From positions 10,411 through 74,410 of the forward strand of contig CAZGSP010000039.1 in assembly GCA_964528565.1 (NCBI GenBank): DNA of 64,000 bases, written 5' to 3'. The position numbers were made by a program, and so were the translations under genes. This document shows positions 27,855-38,503 of the stretch, piece after piece (positions within the stretch are counted from its first letter, which is position 1; each line of letters opens with the position of its first letter). Source of the DNA: an uncultured Pseudomonadales bacterium (GTDB lineage Bacteria; Patescibacteriota; Microgenomatia; UBA1400; MFAQ01). The notes beneath the pieces were generated by a model. That model did not search any database. It was not told the DNA's origin and saw only the letters and a list, made by a program, of their open reading frames with translations.

Positions 27855-28852
27855 TATTGTATTAGTTTACCAGTAAATAGAAACCCCTGAATAAACCTAA
27901 CTCCGTACCAGAGATGGGTGATGAAAATAACGGGAATTGACAAGAGAGCTTGAAAGAGATTGGATCGCCTCAAGATCCACAGAGCGTTGAACAAAAGAAC
28001 AAGTAGATAAAGACTAGAAATAACCACTCCGATATTCCATACTTTAATTATCAATATATTTTGAATTCCAAAAACATCGACAAACAACATAAACAATAAA
28101 CCTAAAAGCATGAGAGAAGGGAGAAAATATATTGGTTTGAGAGAGGTTTCGGGAAGTATCCGGGCGAAATATCCACGGTGGATGCCGAAGTTCCCGTTTT
28201 GTCTGAGATGCGGAGCAAGAATGGGTCGACGGTGATGATAAACAATAACCTTTGGATCGTAAATAATTTTTTTACCAAGTCTGTGAGTAAGATCCAGACA
28301 TAGTTTGGTGTCTTCACCGGGCCAGTATTTTGAGTCAAAACCGCCGACCTTTTCGAAATCAATCTTCCGAATCGCCAGGTTCATGGAAGGATAGTCGTCT
28401 ACATATTGTTTTTTGTCCGGTAAGAACCGGTACCGATACATCCCCGCCCCGACGGGAGAAGCAGAAGCCCAACCCGAAGCTTCCTCTTGCCAGGAAACTC
28501 CCGGCGGTGTCATCCCGGGGCCTCCAACTCCTGCGATGTTGCTTTTTTTGAAATGGGAAACTAGTGACTTGAGCCAATCGGGCGAAGGATAAGCATCATC
28601 GTCGATAAAGGCAAGAATCTCACCTTTGGCCATCTTGGCTCCAATATCTCTTTTTTCGGCCGGTCCGACATAATGCCCAAAGTATTTTTGACGGAGTTTG
28701 GGATAATCCAAATTTACCCGATAATCACAGACTAAAATGATTTCGAATTTCCTGAAGGTTTGTTTCTCTATCGCATTTAAACACTCAATCAAATAGGGAT
28801 TCTTCTTTTTGTAATCCACTACGATAATAGAAACCAGCGGAACGTATTCCAT
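27854..28852 (-). CDS. GT2 glycosyltransferase with C-terminal TM helices
   Basis: GPAEKRD, AFIDDDA, VGGFD, GEDTKL and YHHRR motifs. Confidence 0.9.
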   Translation of the reverse strand: MEYVPLVSIIVVDYKKKNPYLIECLNAIEKQTFRKFEIILVCDYRVNLDYPKLRQKYFGHYVGPAEKRDIGAKMAKGEILAFIDDDAYPSPDWLKSLVSHFKKSNIAGVGGPGMTPPGVSWQEEASGWASASPVGAGMYRYRFLPDKKQYVDDYPSMNLAIRKIDFEKVGGFDSKYWPGEDTKLCLDLTHRLGKKIIYDPKVIVYHHRRPILAPHLRQNGNFGIHRGYFARILPETSLKPIYFLPSLMLLGLLFMLFVDVFGIQNILIIKVWNIGVVISSLYLLVLLFNALWILRRSNLFQALLSIPVIFITHLWYGVRFIQGFLFTGKLIQ

Positions 28853-29763
28853 TACTTATATCTTAACCTGAGATTCGGATCCCCGTCCCAGAGATCGGAG
28901 TGACCATCGTCATAATAACGGAGAATGTGTGTTCGATAAATGATGGCCAGATAGTCAATAAAATAATTCTGGATTGAGGATAATCCAACATTGCTGGAAA
29001 AATTGTAGGATATTTCTACCGGTGATTCATAGATTCGTTTAAACCCCAAATGGTTGGCTACCGTTAAAATTTCAAGATCAAAAGCCCATCTCTTAACAAT
29101 TAAACGAGGAAGAACGTTTACCAAGACTTCTCTTTTGAAAACTTTGAGTCCTGTCTGGGTATCGGAAACGTCAAGACCAAAGACAAATTTGGTGGCTTTC
29201 TGAACAAAATAAGAAAGGATTCTTCTCTGTAAGGGATAGATTACTTTGCTGGCATGATGACGTTTACTGCCGATAATAATATCGGCGTTGTACCACTTCA
29301 TGTGTTCGAGAGCAAGACCGATACCTTTGGCGTGAAGATCCGATCCTGCATCGATAAAGGCAATTATTCCTCCTTTTGCTCGAGCCATCCCGTAACGAAT
29401 AGCATAACCCTTGCCTTTGTTTTCAGGATAAAAATATATTTGTGTACTCCTGAACTTGATTTTTTTGGCCAGTTCGTAAGTTTTATCCTTGGGTGTTTTC
29501 CGACCATCTACCACGCAAATAATCTCGTAAGGACGATTCAGGAAATCCAAATGAAGTTTGATAAAGGCCAGGTCTTTATCGATCGTCTTGCAATTGAACG
29601 CAGGAACGATAACCGAAAGTAAGTTTGGATCGACTTTGGATACTTTATTTGAGGCGGCAATGGGCATGAGGAGATTATATACTTTAGTGAGAGTCGTAGG
29701 TGCAAAATTATTAACGACTTGGGTGAAATACCTTATGATCGTTGCGGGAGAGTAGAAAGACAA
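28852..29763 (-). CDS. GT2 polyprenol-phosphate glycosyltransferase (DPM/DPG synthase-like)
   Basis: NKGKGYAIRYG, FIDAG, IIGSKR, SDTQTGLK and WAFDLEIL motifs. Confidence 0.85.
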   Translation of the reverse strand: MSFYSPATIIRYFTQVVNNFAPTTLTKVYNLLMPIAASNKVSKVDPNLLSVIVPAFNCKTIDKDLAFIKLHLDFLNRPYEIICVVDGRKTPKDKTYELAKKIKFRSTQIYFYPENKGKGYAIRYGMARAKGGIIAFIDAGSDLHAKGIGLALEHMKWYNADIIIGSKRHHASKVIYPLQRRILSYFVQKATKFVFGLDVSDTQTGLKVFKREVLVNVLPRLIVKRWAFDLEILTVANHLGFKRIYESPVEISYNFSSNVGLSSIQNYFIDYLAIIYRTHILRYYDDGHSDLWDGDPNLRLRYK

Positions 29764-30979
29764 TGAGGAAGGTAGTGAGTAGAAGGTGGAGGCCGAAATT
29801 CGACCAGATCACGAGCGGGAATGAACCTCGAAAAACATAAAATAATATCGGCTGAGCGATGGTAGCCACCAAAAGAAAAATATTGGCTCGGGGGCGGCCA
29901 ATGGCCATAAGGTAGGAAAGAATGAACTGGCTGAGCGCGAAGAAGACCATGGTGAAAGCAAAGATCGAAAGAAAAGGGGCGGCTTCCAGGTAGGCCGAGC
30001 CCGAGAGAACTCTAATTATGAGAGTTGGAAATAGGCTAAAAATGCCGGCACCGGTGGCTCCGAAAAGGAGTACAACGGCACCGAGTTTCATCAGAATAGA
30101 TCTCGCCGAACCGGAAGCCGCATGTCGATGCGCGGCAATAGGAAGAACCAGAGCTACAAGTGGCGTAAGACCAAAAAGGATCATGCGACCCAAAATTGAA
30201 AGGGCTGAGTAAATACCGGAAAGGTGTGGATCAAAAAGAGCCCTAACCATCAGAATATCGGTGGAGATAAGAGACATGGTACCAAGTGCATAAATGAAGC
30301 TGTAACCCATTAAGCCGCCTAAAGAAAAATGCGGAGATTTCTTGATAACGATTTTCGGATAAACCGATGGACGGACGTTGAGAAAGATAATGACGGAAGT
30401 GGCAACGCTGCCCAGGAGTTGACCGATGACGGCGCCGGTAGCTCCAAAACCGAGTCGGATAAAGAAAATTGACAGGACGATAGTAACAAGAACCCCGGCG
30501 AAGCCGACAATGGTTTGGAAAACAAACTTTTGATAAGCTACCAGATATGAGCCAATGATAGTTTGATAGAGGGAAATGAAGACACTAATACCTAAGACAA
30601 TAAAGGCTAGTGAGTTGGCTTTGAAAATAAAGGATAAGGGGCCGGATAAAAAAATCAAAGCAATCCCCAAAAAGACAGCGATGGGGGTCACCGTACGAAG
30701 GAGATAATGGAAAAAGAGGTTGATGGAAACCTTATCGTCTTTGCCTTTAAATTCGGCGACATATTTGATAATGACTGTGGCAATGGTGCCGGTGGGGATT
30801 CCCAGAAGATAAATAAGTGACAAATAGGATAAAAATTCACCGTACGCGGCCGGAGCCAATAAGCGAAGCAGTATCAAATGGAAGAGATACCGAAAAATAC
30901 TCAAACCAAAACTACCGAAGTAAAAGACGGCTGATGAACGCGCTGTAGGTGTGGAAATGGCACGGAAAATTCGCTTCAT
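29711..30979 (-). CDS. Oligosaccharide flippase (Wzx/MOP family)
   Basis: About 12 TM helices; RLLAPAAYG, TDILMV, GIYSA and LPIA motifs. Confidence 0.85.
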   Translation of the reverse strand: MKRIFRAISTPTARSSAVFYFGSFGLSIFRYLFHLILLRLLAPAAYGEFLSYLSLIYLLGIPTGTIATVIIKYVAEFKGKDDKVSINLFFHYLLRTVTPIAVFLGIALIFLSGPLSFIFKANSLAFIVLGISVFISLYQTIIGSYLVAYQKFVFQTIVGFAGVLVTIVLSIFFIRLGFGATGAVIGQLLGSVATSVIIFLNVRPSVYPKIVIKKSPHFSLGGLMGYSFIYALGTMSLISTDILMVRALFDPHLSGIYSALSILGRMILFGLTPLVALVLPIAAHRHAASGSARSILMKLGAVVLLFGATGAGIFSLFPTLIIRVLSGSAYLEAAPFLSIFAFTMVFFALSQFILSYLMAIGRPRANIFLLVATIAQPILFYVFRGSFPLVIWSNFGLHLLLTTFLIVFLLSRNDHKVFHPSR

Positions 30980-31007
30980 GGCTAATATAGTTTACGCTAT
31001 ATGGCAG

Positions 31008-31013
31008 TACAAT
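31008..31013 (+). promoter_or_regulatory. -10 box (TACAAT) 6 nt before ATG 31020; putative leaderless promoter
   Basis: Sequence GCAG-TACAAT-AATATT-ATG. Confidence 0.5.
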
Positions 31014-31019
31014 AATATT

Positions 31020-32432
31020 ATGAATTGGATGAAAAGAAACTGGTTGTGGCCCGTTGCAATACTTCTGATGGGAGTGTTTTGGTGGATGAGGTTTAGCGAT
31101 ATCAGAACATCTTTCTTCTTTTTCAATGATATGGGCAGGGACTCTTTGGTGTTATGGGATTGGAAAGCCACAGGCAAACCTCCTCTCTTGGGCCCACAGG
31201 CCAGTGCGATGCCGATGAACCAAAGTGCCGTCTATTATTACATGCTATATCCATTGTTTCTGGTGTTCGGAGGAGCGACAATTAGCGCTTTATATACAAA
31301 CGCAACTTTGTATATCGTGTGTTTTATTTCGGGATTAATACTCCTAAAAAATCATAAAAAATTACAGATGGCAGTGCTTGTGTTATTTTTTCTGGCCACT
31401 ATGCACCCACAATATATAATCCAAAATCGATTTGTCTGGAATCCTTCATTTATACCTCCGCTCCTATCGATATCATTTATAAGTTTGTTTTTGTTGACGG
31501 AAAAATATAATTTGCGAAGATTGATGGTTTTTTCGATCTCAATGGCTTTAGCCGTAGCTATCCATTTTCCTGCCGGTCCGTTCATGTTGGCGGCTATGAC
31601 ATACATAGCCTTATTTTGGAAAAAGAATAGAGCCAATTCAATTATTGTTTTGATTGGTTTTTTGGTATTTTTTAATCTTCCTACTTTTGTGTTTGAAGCC
31701 AGACACGACTTTCTCATCACCAAAAGTCTATTAAGTCACCAGTGGATTGGTACACAGCAATTTACAGTAGTTCAAAATATTGACAGATTGGCCAACTTTA
31801 CATTTTCGTTGGAGAACAAGACCATTGATTTGTTTTTACTGGTAACTGTACTTATCTATGGAAGTTACATATTTATAAAAAAACCAAAAGAATTTGAAGG
31901 AATGTTGGGATTTTTATTTGTGTTTTCCTTTTTAGTCACCATTGCCAGCAAAATGGCTTTCCATTCTCATTATATTTTCGGATTCACTACATTGATATTT
32001 TTACTAATTTCCGGACTTCCAAAATACTTAAAATGGATGGTTATTGTAGTTTTGGGCCTGGTCTATCTGAATCCAAATGTGACCAAACAGTATTTTGTGA
32101 CGGCACCCAGAACAGTAGAACAAATGGAACAATGTTTTGCCAAAGTATGTGGAGAAATCAAAGAACCCATCTTTGTCTCGACTCAAGCCGGATTTCACTC
32201 ATTTCACAATGGTCCGGAACACAGATTTCTGATGAAGAAAGCCGGATGCGAGGTGAAATATGTAGAAGATCCTTCTCAAATAGCTAATTTGATGGCGGTA
32301 GTGCTGGATGGCTCCAATTATGTACAAGGAGCAACCAACTATAACGAACTGACACTCTTTGGAAAAAGCAAGGAAATCAAAAGGTTTGCTTGTCAAGATA
32401 ATTTTGGGGTGGTGATATTGGAGAGAAATTAA
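31020..32432 (+). CDS. GT-C membrane glycosyltransferase (DMGRD subfamily)
   Basis: NDMGRD, PPLLGP, YYY and RFVWNP motifs. Start refined to the ATG at 31020. Confidence 0.78.
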   Translation: MNWMKRNWLWPVAILLMGVFWWMRFSDIRTSFFFFNDMGRDSLVLWDWKATGKPPLLGPQASAMPMNQSAVYYYMLYPLFLVFGGATISALYTNATLYIVCFISGLILLKNHKKLQMAVLVLFFLATMHPQYIIQNRFVWNPSFIPPLLSISFISLFLLTEKYNLRRLMVFSISMALAVAIHFPAGPFMLAAMTYIALFWKKNRANSIIVLIGFLVFFNLPTFVFEARHDFLITKSLLSHQWIGTQQFTVVQNIDRLANFTFSLENKTIDLFLLVTVLIYGSYIFIKKPKEFEGMLGFLFVFSFLVTIASKMAFHSHYIFGFTTLIFLLISGLPKYLKWMVIVVLGLVYLNPNVTKQYFVTAPRTVEQMEQCFAKVCGEIKEPIFVSTQAGFHSFHNGPEHRFLMKKAGCEVKYVEDPSQIANLMAVVLDGSNYVQGATNYNELTLFGKSKEIKRFACQDNFGVVILERN

Positions 32433-33851
32433 CTAGATTCCCAGATCACGAAGCAGATTTATTTTTATTGAGCTCTGATTGTTTGATTTTTGGACGCCGT
32501 AAATCCAGCCAAAAGCTTCATCTGCGGGACACGAGAGCGGATTACCGGCATATGTCCGAAAGAGATAACACCAGCCACCGTAGGCAGAGTAGCCAACTTC
32601 ATCTTGTGTTCCTAATATGATGGAGTAAGGCTGGTTTTGGATATCTTTGGTAATTTTGATAATTCTTTCCCTTCGGGATATCAAACCATACTTTGACTGT
32701 TCACAAGTAAAAATTGTAATAGCTGAGAAGAAAACAAGAATGAGAATCAGGAACCAGGAAATTTTGGGGCTTAAGGAAGAAAGAAGTGTCCCCGAGAAAA
32801 TGGAAAATAGGGTAAAGAAACTGAGAAGGTAGTATTCGATCACGTTACCGGGATAAAGAAGATAGGAGGTAATTGAAATAATAAGCATCACGAAAAGAAG
32901 GCAGAATTTTTTGTCTATCTTGGCCCTGAAAAACGAAAGAACCAAGATACCCAAAGAAAAGGATGAAAGGAGAAGGATGGAACCTGTTGGTGTACCCGCA
33001 CCTCCGAAGCCCATTTCGGCCTGAACTGACGTCCGAGGACGTAGATACCAGAAACGACTAAGCGAGTTCCAAGTGGTGGACAAACGGCCAGGCATTCGAT
33101 CTATCATGGAGGTATTGCTTTGGGAAGTGAGCATGCGAAGCGGAGTGCGCAGATTGTCAAAGTTATGGACTTTGTCGAAGACAAGAAGTGGAGAAATCAA
33201 AACCAGATATACGACGACGGAAGATATCCAGGTACTAAAAGTGATTCTTTTGAAGGACTTAAAAACGAGAAAAATAATTACCGGCCAGAACATGAGCAGT
33301 GAAAGGTGAACATGGAGCACCGTGGCCATAATGGCCGAAACGAGAATGAACCAACGAGTATCTTTCTGAGATTTGTATAAAGAATATAACAGCCAAATAG
33401 TCAGTAGCGGAATGGGAGATGGATTCCAGAAACGACGATCAAAGAAATTCAAGAGAGGAGATCCGGCGTATATAAGTGAAGAAAAAATGGCTACCGAGGG
33501 CGAAAACAATTGAGACGAAACAAAGTATAAGGAAATAACCGTAGCCAGACCAAGTAACGGGGCAAAGTAAGCAAGAATAAGGGGGTCTCCTCCCGAGAAG
33601 AAGAATAATAGGGCATTTAAATAGGTGAAGGCGGGTCCAAGATAAAAACCGGTATTTCCGGCGCTCACTCCAATCCAGATGGGATGAAAATCCTGGACCT
33701 GTGACCAAGCAAGAAAAGCCTGATATTCTTCGTCAAAATTGAAACTAAACCACTCACCTGCTTTCCAAAAACGGAGTACCACCAGAAAAACAAATAAGAC
33801 GGCTACGACGAATTTGTATAGATTGTTTGTTGATGAAGATTCTTTGGCCAC
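32433..33851 (-). CDS. GT-C membrane glycosyltransferase
   Basis: FNFDEEYQ, YLGPAFTY, RRFWNP and LHVH motifs. GTG start with TAAACT 6 nt upstream. Confidence 0.78.
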   Translation of the reverse strand: MAKESSSTNNLYKFVVAVLFVFLVVLRFWKAGEWFSFNFDEEYQAFLAWSQVQDFHPIWIGVSAGNTGFYLGPAFTYLNALLFFFSGGDPLILAYFAPLLGLATVISLYFVSSQLFSPSVAIFSSLIYAGSPLLNFFDRRFWNPSPIPLLTIWLLYSLYKSQKDTRWFILVSAIMATVLHVHLSLLMFWPVIIFLVFKSFKRITFSTWISSVVVYLVLISPLLVFDKVHNFDNLRTPLRMLTSQSNTSMIDRMPGRLSTTWNSLSRFWYLRPRTSVQAEMGFGGAGTPTGSILLLSSFSLGILVLSFFRAKIDKKFCLLFVMLIISITSYLLYPGNVIEYYLLSFFTLFSIFSGTLLSSLSPKISWFLILILVFFSAITIFTCEQSKYGLISRRERIIKITKDIQNQPYSIILGTQDEVGYSAYGGWCYLFRTYAGNPLSCPADEAFGWIYGVQKSNNQSSIKINLLRDLGI

Positions 33852-33866
33852 AGAAATAGTTTAGTA

Positions 33867-34997
33867 CTAGGCGACGAAGTAGCCGCGAGTAAAGAAAATG
33901 ATGGAGAGAATAGACAAGACGGTGCAAACAGCATAGAGACCATACTTAACAAAAGGATGTTGTTTCTCCAACCAATAAGCCATGACCATGAACACGGGGA
34001 AAAGCACCAAAGTAAACCGGGGCATACTCATAAAAGTGCCGGAAAATGTGGGAAGAGCGAACGACAACAGAACAAATAACCAATAAGAAAAACGGATTCT
34101 CTTGAAGAAAAAAATTAGGATGGTGATAATCAACAAGGCCGAAAGCAACTCCATGACAACGGTAAAGTAGAGAGGATCCCAGTCGGTGAAAATTAGCATT
34201 TTGAAATACCGGAAAAAGACTTGGTGAAGAAGGATGAGTTTGTCCACGGTTCGGCCACCGAAAACAGACTGGATATGAAAAAAGAATAACGGATCCCCGG
34301 TCTTGAGATACTGAAAACGCATGAATGAAAAAAGCCCCAGTGGAGGAAGCAGCAACCATATGGCAGATAGATTAACCGACTTTCTAAAATCTTTGCCGTA
34401 CATGAGCCAGTATTCATAAATGATGGAGGGCCAGAGAAAAAATCCGGTGATTCGGGTGGCCGAAGCGATCGCGGCCAAAAGACAGGCCAGGAAGAAGTGT
34501 TGGCGGCGAAGCAAATAAAAAGTCAGGATAACCAGTAAGAGAAACAAAGACTCGGTATAGACGGAGCCAAAAAAGAAGGCTGTGGGAAAAAGAAGAAGTA
34601 AATAAATAGTACTCTTGGCGATCTTGGGTTTGAAGTCGAGTAGAACTAGTTTGTAGAGGAAATAGAGAGCCAGAATAAGGGAGACGTGTGAGACAAATAA
34701 TCCCGAAGCAAGATAATTACCGAAATAGTTGAAGGTTCGAACCGACCACGGGTAGACAGGGAAAAAAGCATAATCCATATCGGTTTTGTGCTGATAGCCA
34801 TAGCCGTATTGAGCAAGATCCAGGTAATGAAGTCCGTCAAAGTTTGACCACATGGAGAAGATATTACTGACCGAAGGCTTTTCCGTCAGATTGGTGAAGC
34901 GGGTACGGGGAGAAAGGAGGAACATGGCCGGAAGGGCAATAAGAACGATTAGTAGCCGCCAACCCAGAACGAGTTTGAAGATCTCTTTTAGTGACAT
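33867..34997 (-). CDS. GT-C mannosyltransferase, PIG-V/GT76-like
   Basis: WSNFDGLHYLDLAQYGY, AFFPVYP, YTESLF, TRITG, GDPLFF, SMPRF and LFP motifs. Confidence 0.82.
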   Translation of the reverse strand: MSLKEIFKLVLGWRLLIVLIALPAMFLLSPRTRFTNLTEKPSVSNIFSMWSNFDGLHYLDLAQYGYGYQHKTDMDYAFFPVYPWSVRTFNYFGNYLASGLFVSHVSLILALYFLYKLVLLDFKPKIAKSTIYLLLLFPTAFFFGSVYTESLFLLLVILTFYLLRRQHFFLACLLAAIASATRITGFFLWPSIIYEYWLMYGKDFRKSVNLSAIWLLLPPLGLFSFMRFQYLKTGDPLFFFHIQSVFGGRTVDKLILLHQVFFRYFKMLIFTDWDPLYFTVVMELLSALLIITILIFFFKRIRFSYWLFVLLSFALPTFSGTFMSMPRFTLVLFPVFMVMAYWLEKQHPFVKYGLYAVCTVLSILSIIFFTRGYFVA

Positions 34998-36001
34998 AGG
35001 GTTTTGTAAACTTCTAGGGTGAGGTGGGCGGTTTTGGACCAGCTGAAATCGCGAGAACGCTTTTTGGCCAGTTCGATCTGCTTGGCCTTGGCTGAAGATG
35101 ATAGATTTAGAGCATTGGCGATTGCTTTTTCCATCGATTTTAATTTTCTTGGGTTAAAGACGATCGCCTCTTCGTGGTAGACCTCCGGGAGACTGGAGGT
35201 CTTGGAACTGGCCACCAGACAACCGGCTGTCATCGCTTCGAGTAGTGGAAGACCAAACCCTTCGTAGAGGGAGGGCTGGACATAAAGTTCGGCCAAATGA
35301 AGCATGGCATTAAAGTCATCGTTTGGGACGTAACCCGGATAAATAATGTGGTTATAGACCTGAAGTCGGACAAGATCGATAAGCTCGGGTTCGACCGGTT
35401 TGACGATCTCCTGCAGCATACCTTTTCCGACTATGACGAGCGGTATTTCCAGACGATCGGTGACTTCTGCCAGTGAAGGGAGATTCTTGTTCGGGTTGGG
35501 ACCGGCGGCGAGAGTCAGAACAAATTTGTCGGGTAAATGATATTTTTCTTTTACCTCCTTAAGTTTGGATGCCGAGGGAACTTTTCGGTATGCCTCGTCC
35601 ACAGCCAGAGGGGTAACAAATATTTTCTCCGGAGCGGTGCGGAAGTACTTGATGATATCTTCTTTGGAATTTCCGGAATCGGTGATAATGGCAGAGACGG
35701 TTCTGAGTGACCACCACTGAATGAGAAGTTTTATGGTTCCCCTAATGCCTTTGGGGTATTTATCGGCCAGAACCAAGGGTGTCAGATCGTGGATGGTGAC
35801 AACGGTCGGTCTTTCTTTTTTTAAGGGTAAGGTGAGATAAAAAGGATCGAAAAAAGGATAGTGAATAATGTCGGGATCTTTATCGGTCAGCTCAATTTTC
35901 GGTAATTTTTCGAGGGCAGTTCGAAGATGTTCGGCATAGACACCGACTCCCCTACCGGAAGAGTGTCCACCACCATCGAGAAAGACTTTAATTGGTGCCA
36001 T
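34988..36001 (-). CDS. GT4 glycosyltransferase (MtfB/WbdB-like)
   Basis: RGVGVY, VVTIHDL, KNL, PSLYEGFGLPLLEAM and FSWSKTA motifs. Confidence 0.92.
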   Translation of the reverse strand: MAPIKVFLDGGGHSSGRGVGVYAEHLRTALEKLPKIELTDKDPDIIHYPFFDPFYLTLPLKKERPTVVTIHDLTPLVLADKYPKGIRGTIKLLIQWWSLRTVSAIITDSGNSKEDIIKYFRTAPEKIFVTPLAVDEAYRKVPSASKLKEVKEKYHLPDKFVLTLAAGPNPNKNLPSLAEVTDRLEIPLVIVGKGMLQEIVKPVEPELIDLVRLQVYNHIIYPGYVPNDDFNAMLHLAELYVQPSLYEGFGLPLLEAMTAGCLVASSKTSSLPEVYHEEAIVFNPRKLKSMEKAIANALNLSSSAKAKQIELAKKRSRDFSWSKTAHLTLEVYKTLCH

Positions 36002-36869
36002 ATTCTTCGTCTTTATAGAGTTCCCATAGTTTCATATAGGAGAAAGCGTGATGAAGACCGGAATAGAGTGAAAAAACAAAGCCTGGAAAACCATCCATGA
36101 AGCCGCGGTAACGGAAATAGAGACTGCAGAAAGTGCCGAGGGGTTTAAAAAATAAATAGTTTAGCGTATTAAAGATGTTGATCTTGACTCCGGCTTCTTT
36201 TAATTGATGAGCCTTCAGACTAGAGTACGTATTTTCTCTCAGGAGATATCGGGAAAAATGAGGGGTGGCGTAATGATCCAGATCCGACACCAACCAACCG
36301 GTAACGCCGTGGACCACCATTTGCTCGTGAACGTCCTTGGCCGGAAGAACAGCTTTCCCTTTTTGAAAGAGACGGATGACCGGATCGGGGTACTGACCGG
36401 CGTTTTTGAGATAACGATTCAGAAAGAAGTTTTTACGGGGTAGCCAGTAGGCAGGGGCTGGTTCCGTCAATTTTTTTGGTCTGGGAAAAACAGTTAGATA
36501 TTTATTGACCGATGATTTGAGAGGAGAGATCCAGGAATCATAGCCAAAATACGTGCCCTCCAGAATACCGACGATCTCCTTCTTCATCCCGGGGGTAACT
36601 CTTTCGTCGGCATCCATCTGAAGAATCCAGTCGGACTGGGCTTCCCGGTTCGCGATGGCTTTTTGAATATGGAAGATCGGATTGTTTTCCCGGAGGAGGA
36701 TTTTGGCCCCATATTTCTTGGCGATCTCTACCGTCTTGTCCTGAGACCGGCCATCGACGATGATGATCTCGTCCGCAAAGTCTTTGACCGAGTCGAGACA
36801 GGCGGCGATGTTTGACTCTTCGTTGTAGGTAGCCAGGGTGACGGAGATAGTTTGGCGTTTTATTTTCAT
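35988..36869 (-). CDS. GT2 glycosyltransferase (WaaE/KdtX-like)
   Basis: TYNEE, VDGRSQD, WILQMDADER, YPDPVIRLF, VHE and GFMDGFPG motifs. Confidence 0.9.
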   Translation of the reverse strand: MKIKRQTISVTLATYNEESNIAACLDSVKDFADEIIIVDGRSQDKTVEIAKKYGAKILLRENNPIFHIQKAIANREAQSDWILQMDADERVTPGMKKEIVGILEGTYFGYDSWISPLKSSVNKYLTVFPRPKKLTEPAPAYWLPRKNFFLNRYLKNAGQYPDPVIRLFQKGKAVLPAKDVHEQMVVHGVTGWLVSDLDHYATPHFSRYLLRENTYSSLKAHQLKEAGVKINIFNTLNYLFFKPLGTFCSLYFRYRGFMDGFPGFVFSLYSGLHHAFSYMKLWELYKDEEYGTN

Positions 36870-38503
36870 GGTGTGGCAATAAACTTGTACATAGGATGTC
36901 CCACAGGGTCGTTTATGATGTAGATGACCGCTTTGTCATCTACGGACTCATCAGCAGAGATTATAAGGGTTTTGACAAGCTTCCGGTCCTCGGGATAGTT
37001 TATTTGCCTGAATTCGAACTTATCAAACGCCCGGACCGTGGAGAAACCGAACCTGTCCCGCGGGGTCATAACCAGTTCCTTTTGTAATTTTTGGGGTGGA
37101 TATTGAAGAAAGAAAGCCATCAAAATATAGGGCTGGTCGTAGCGGTCGGAGATCACGATACGGTCGTATTCATCGTAGTGTTCTTTGACGTAGCCGGCTA
37201 TTTGGTCAAAGCCATATTGCCATGCATAGGGTAATTCTTTGGGATAATGAACGTAGTACAGATGGAGATAACGGGCGACACAGTAGCCACCGAAAAGAGA
37301 GATTAGGAAAACAAAGAGAGAAAAGACCACTTTGATGTTTATCTTCTTAAAAAATTCCATGGTCGCGGTAACACCAAAGGCACAGATAAATGTCAAAGGT
37401 ATCACCATATTTTGGGCGCGAAGGGCATGAGGACTTTGGAACGTCAGAGCCGCTGCCAAAGGAGAGATCAGGAACCAGATAAAAATCAATCGCTTTTCTT
37501 TTGATTCTAATTTCAACAAGGAAAGTAGCCCAAAAAAGTAAAACGGTATAAGGAACATATAGGTTTGCCCCATGCCGGGTACTTTACTGCGGGCGATTTC
37601 GTCCCCGGTGACAAAGAGGAAACGTGGCGAATAATGAGAAAGATAATTCTTCACAAACCTGAGACTGTAGGAAAGATATTGATTGTGGATGGCTTTTACA
37701 AAGATCGTTTCCGGAACATGGGCGCGGCGCATTTCCAGGGCCTGCCATAACGGACCGGTGTCGGCAAAGACGGAAACACCGGTAAAACGGGACTGGCCTT
37801 CTTTGGACAGTAGTTGACCGGCCAAGGGAAGTACGAGAACAAAACCGAGGACGGCGGCGGCAATAACTAGTTTTATCCTCTTCGGCGCCAAGTCGCCCAA
37901 TAAAGGTTTCCAATAAATAACCAGGAGAGATAAAACCAATAGTGGAGAAATGATTCGAGCGGAATGATAGGCGTACATGCCGGTTGCCATGGATGCTGCA
38001 AAAAGGAATAAGAGTTTAGTTTTTTCCAGACCTCTAAAAAAGGCCCAAAGTCCCAATAGGATAAAGAACAGAGCGGCATTTACTTCCCACCCGCCTCGGG
38101 AAAATTGAAGATGCCATGGTGAGATGGCCAGGAGCAAGGCCGAAATGACCGGTAAATATTTATTTTTGGGGAATAGTGATCGGGCCAATAAATAAACAAG
38201 ATAGACGGAAGCAATACCCAAGATGGCCGATGGAAGGCGGACAGCCCAGATGTTTAAACCGAGGATCTTCACAAACGGCAAAACCAAATAAAAATAGACC
38301 GGGGGTTTGAAGTCGTCAAAAGACCGGAAGACCAGTGGCCAGGAAGCTCCGTGTTCATCCTTGCCGGTTTGGATCAGGGACCAGGCGTTGTAACCGATGG
38401 CGGCTTCGTCGGCGTTTAGACCGGCGGGGAATTTATCCAGAGCAAAAAGTCTTAGGGCCGAAGCTAAAAGAAGAATTAAAATGATGGATAAATATTTTTT
38501 CAT
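36866..38503 (-). CDS. GT-C ArnT/PMT-like glycosyltransferase (tandem array member)
   Basis: ADEAAIGYNAWSLIQTGKDEHG, SFDDFKPP, SPWHLQFSR, PHALR and WQYG motifs. Confidence 0.85.
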   Translation of the reverse strand: MKKYLSIILILLLASALRLFALDKFPAGLNADEAAIGYNAWSLIQTGKDEHGASWPLVFRSFDDFKPPVYFYLVLPFVKILGLNIWAVRLPSAILGIASVYLVYLLARSLFPKNKYLPVISALLLAISPWHLQFSRGGWEVNAALFFILLGLWAFFRGLEKTKLLFLFAASMATGMYAYHSARIISPLLVLSLLVIYWKPLLGDLAPKRIKLVIAAAVLGFVLVLPLAGQLLSKEGQSRFTGVSVFADTGPLWQALEMRRAHVPETIFVKAIHNQYLSYSLRFVKNYLSHYSPRFLFVTGDEIARSKVPGMGQTYMFLIPFYFFGLLSLLKLESKEKRLIFIWFLISPLAAALTFQSPHALRAQNMVIPLTFICAFGVTATMEFFKKINIKVVFSLFVFLISLFGGYCVARYLHLYYVHYPKELPYAWQYGFDQIAGYVKEHYDEYDRIVISDRYDQPYILMAFFLQYPPQKLQKELVMTPRDRFGFSTVRAFDKFEFRQINYPEDRKLVKTLIISADESVDDKAVIYIINDPVGHPMYKFIATP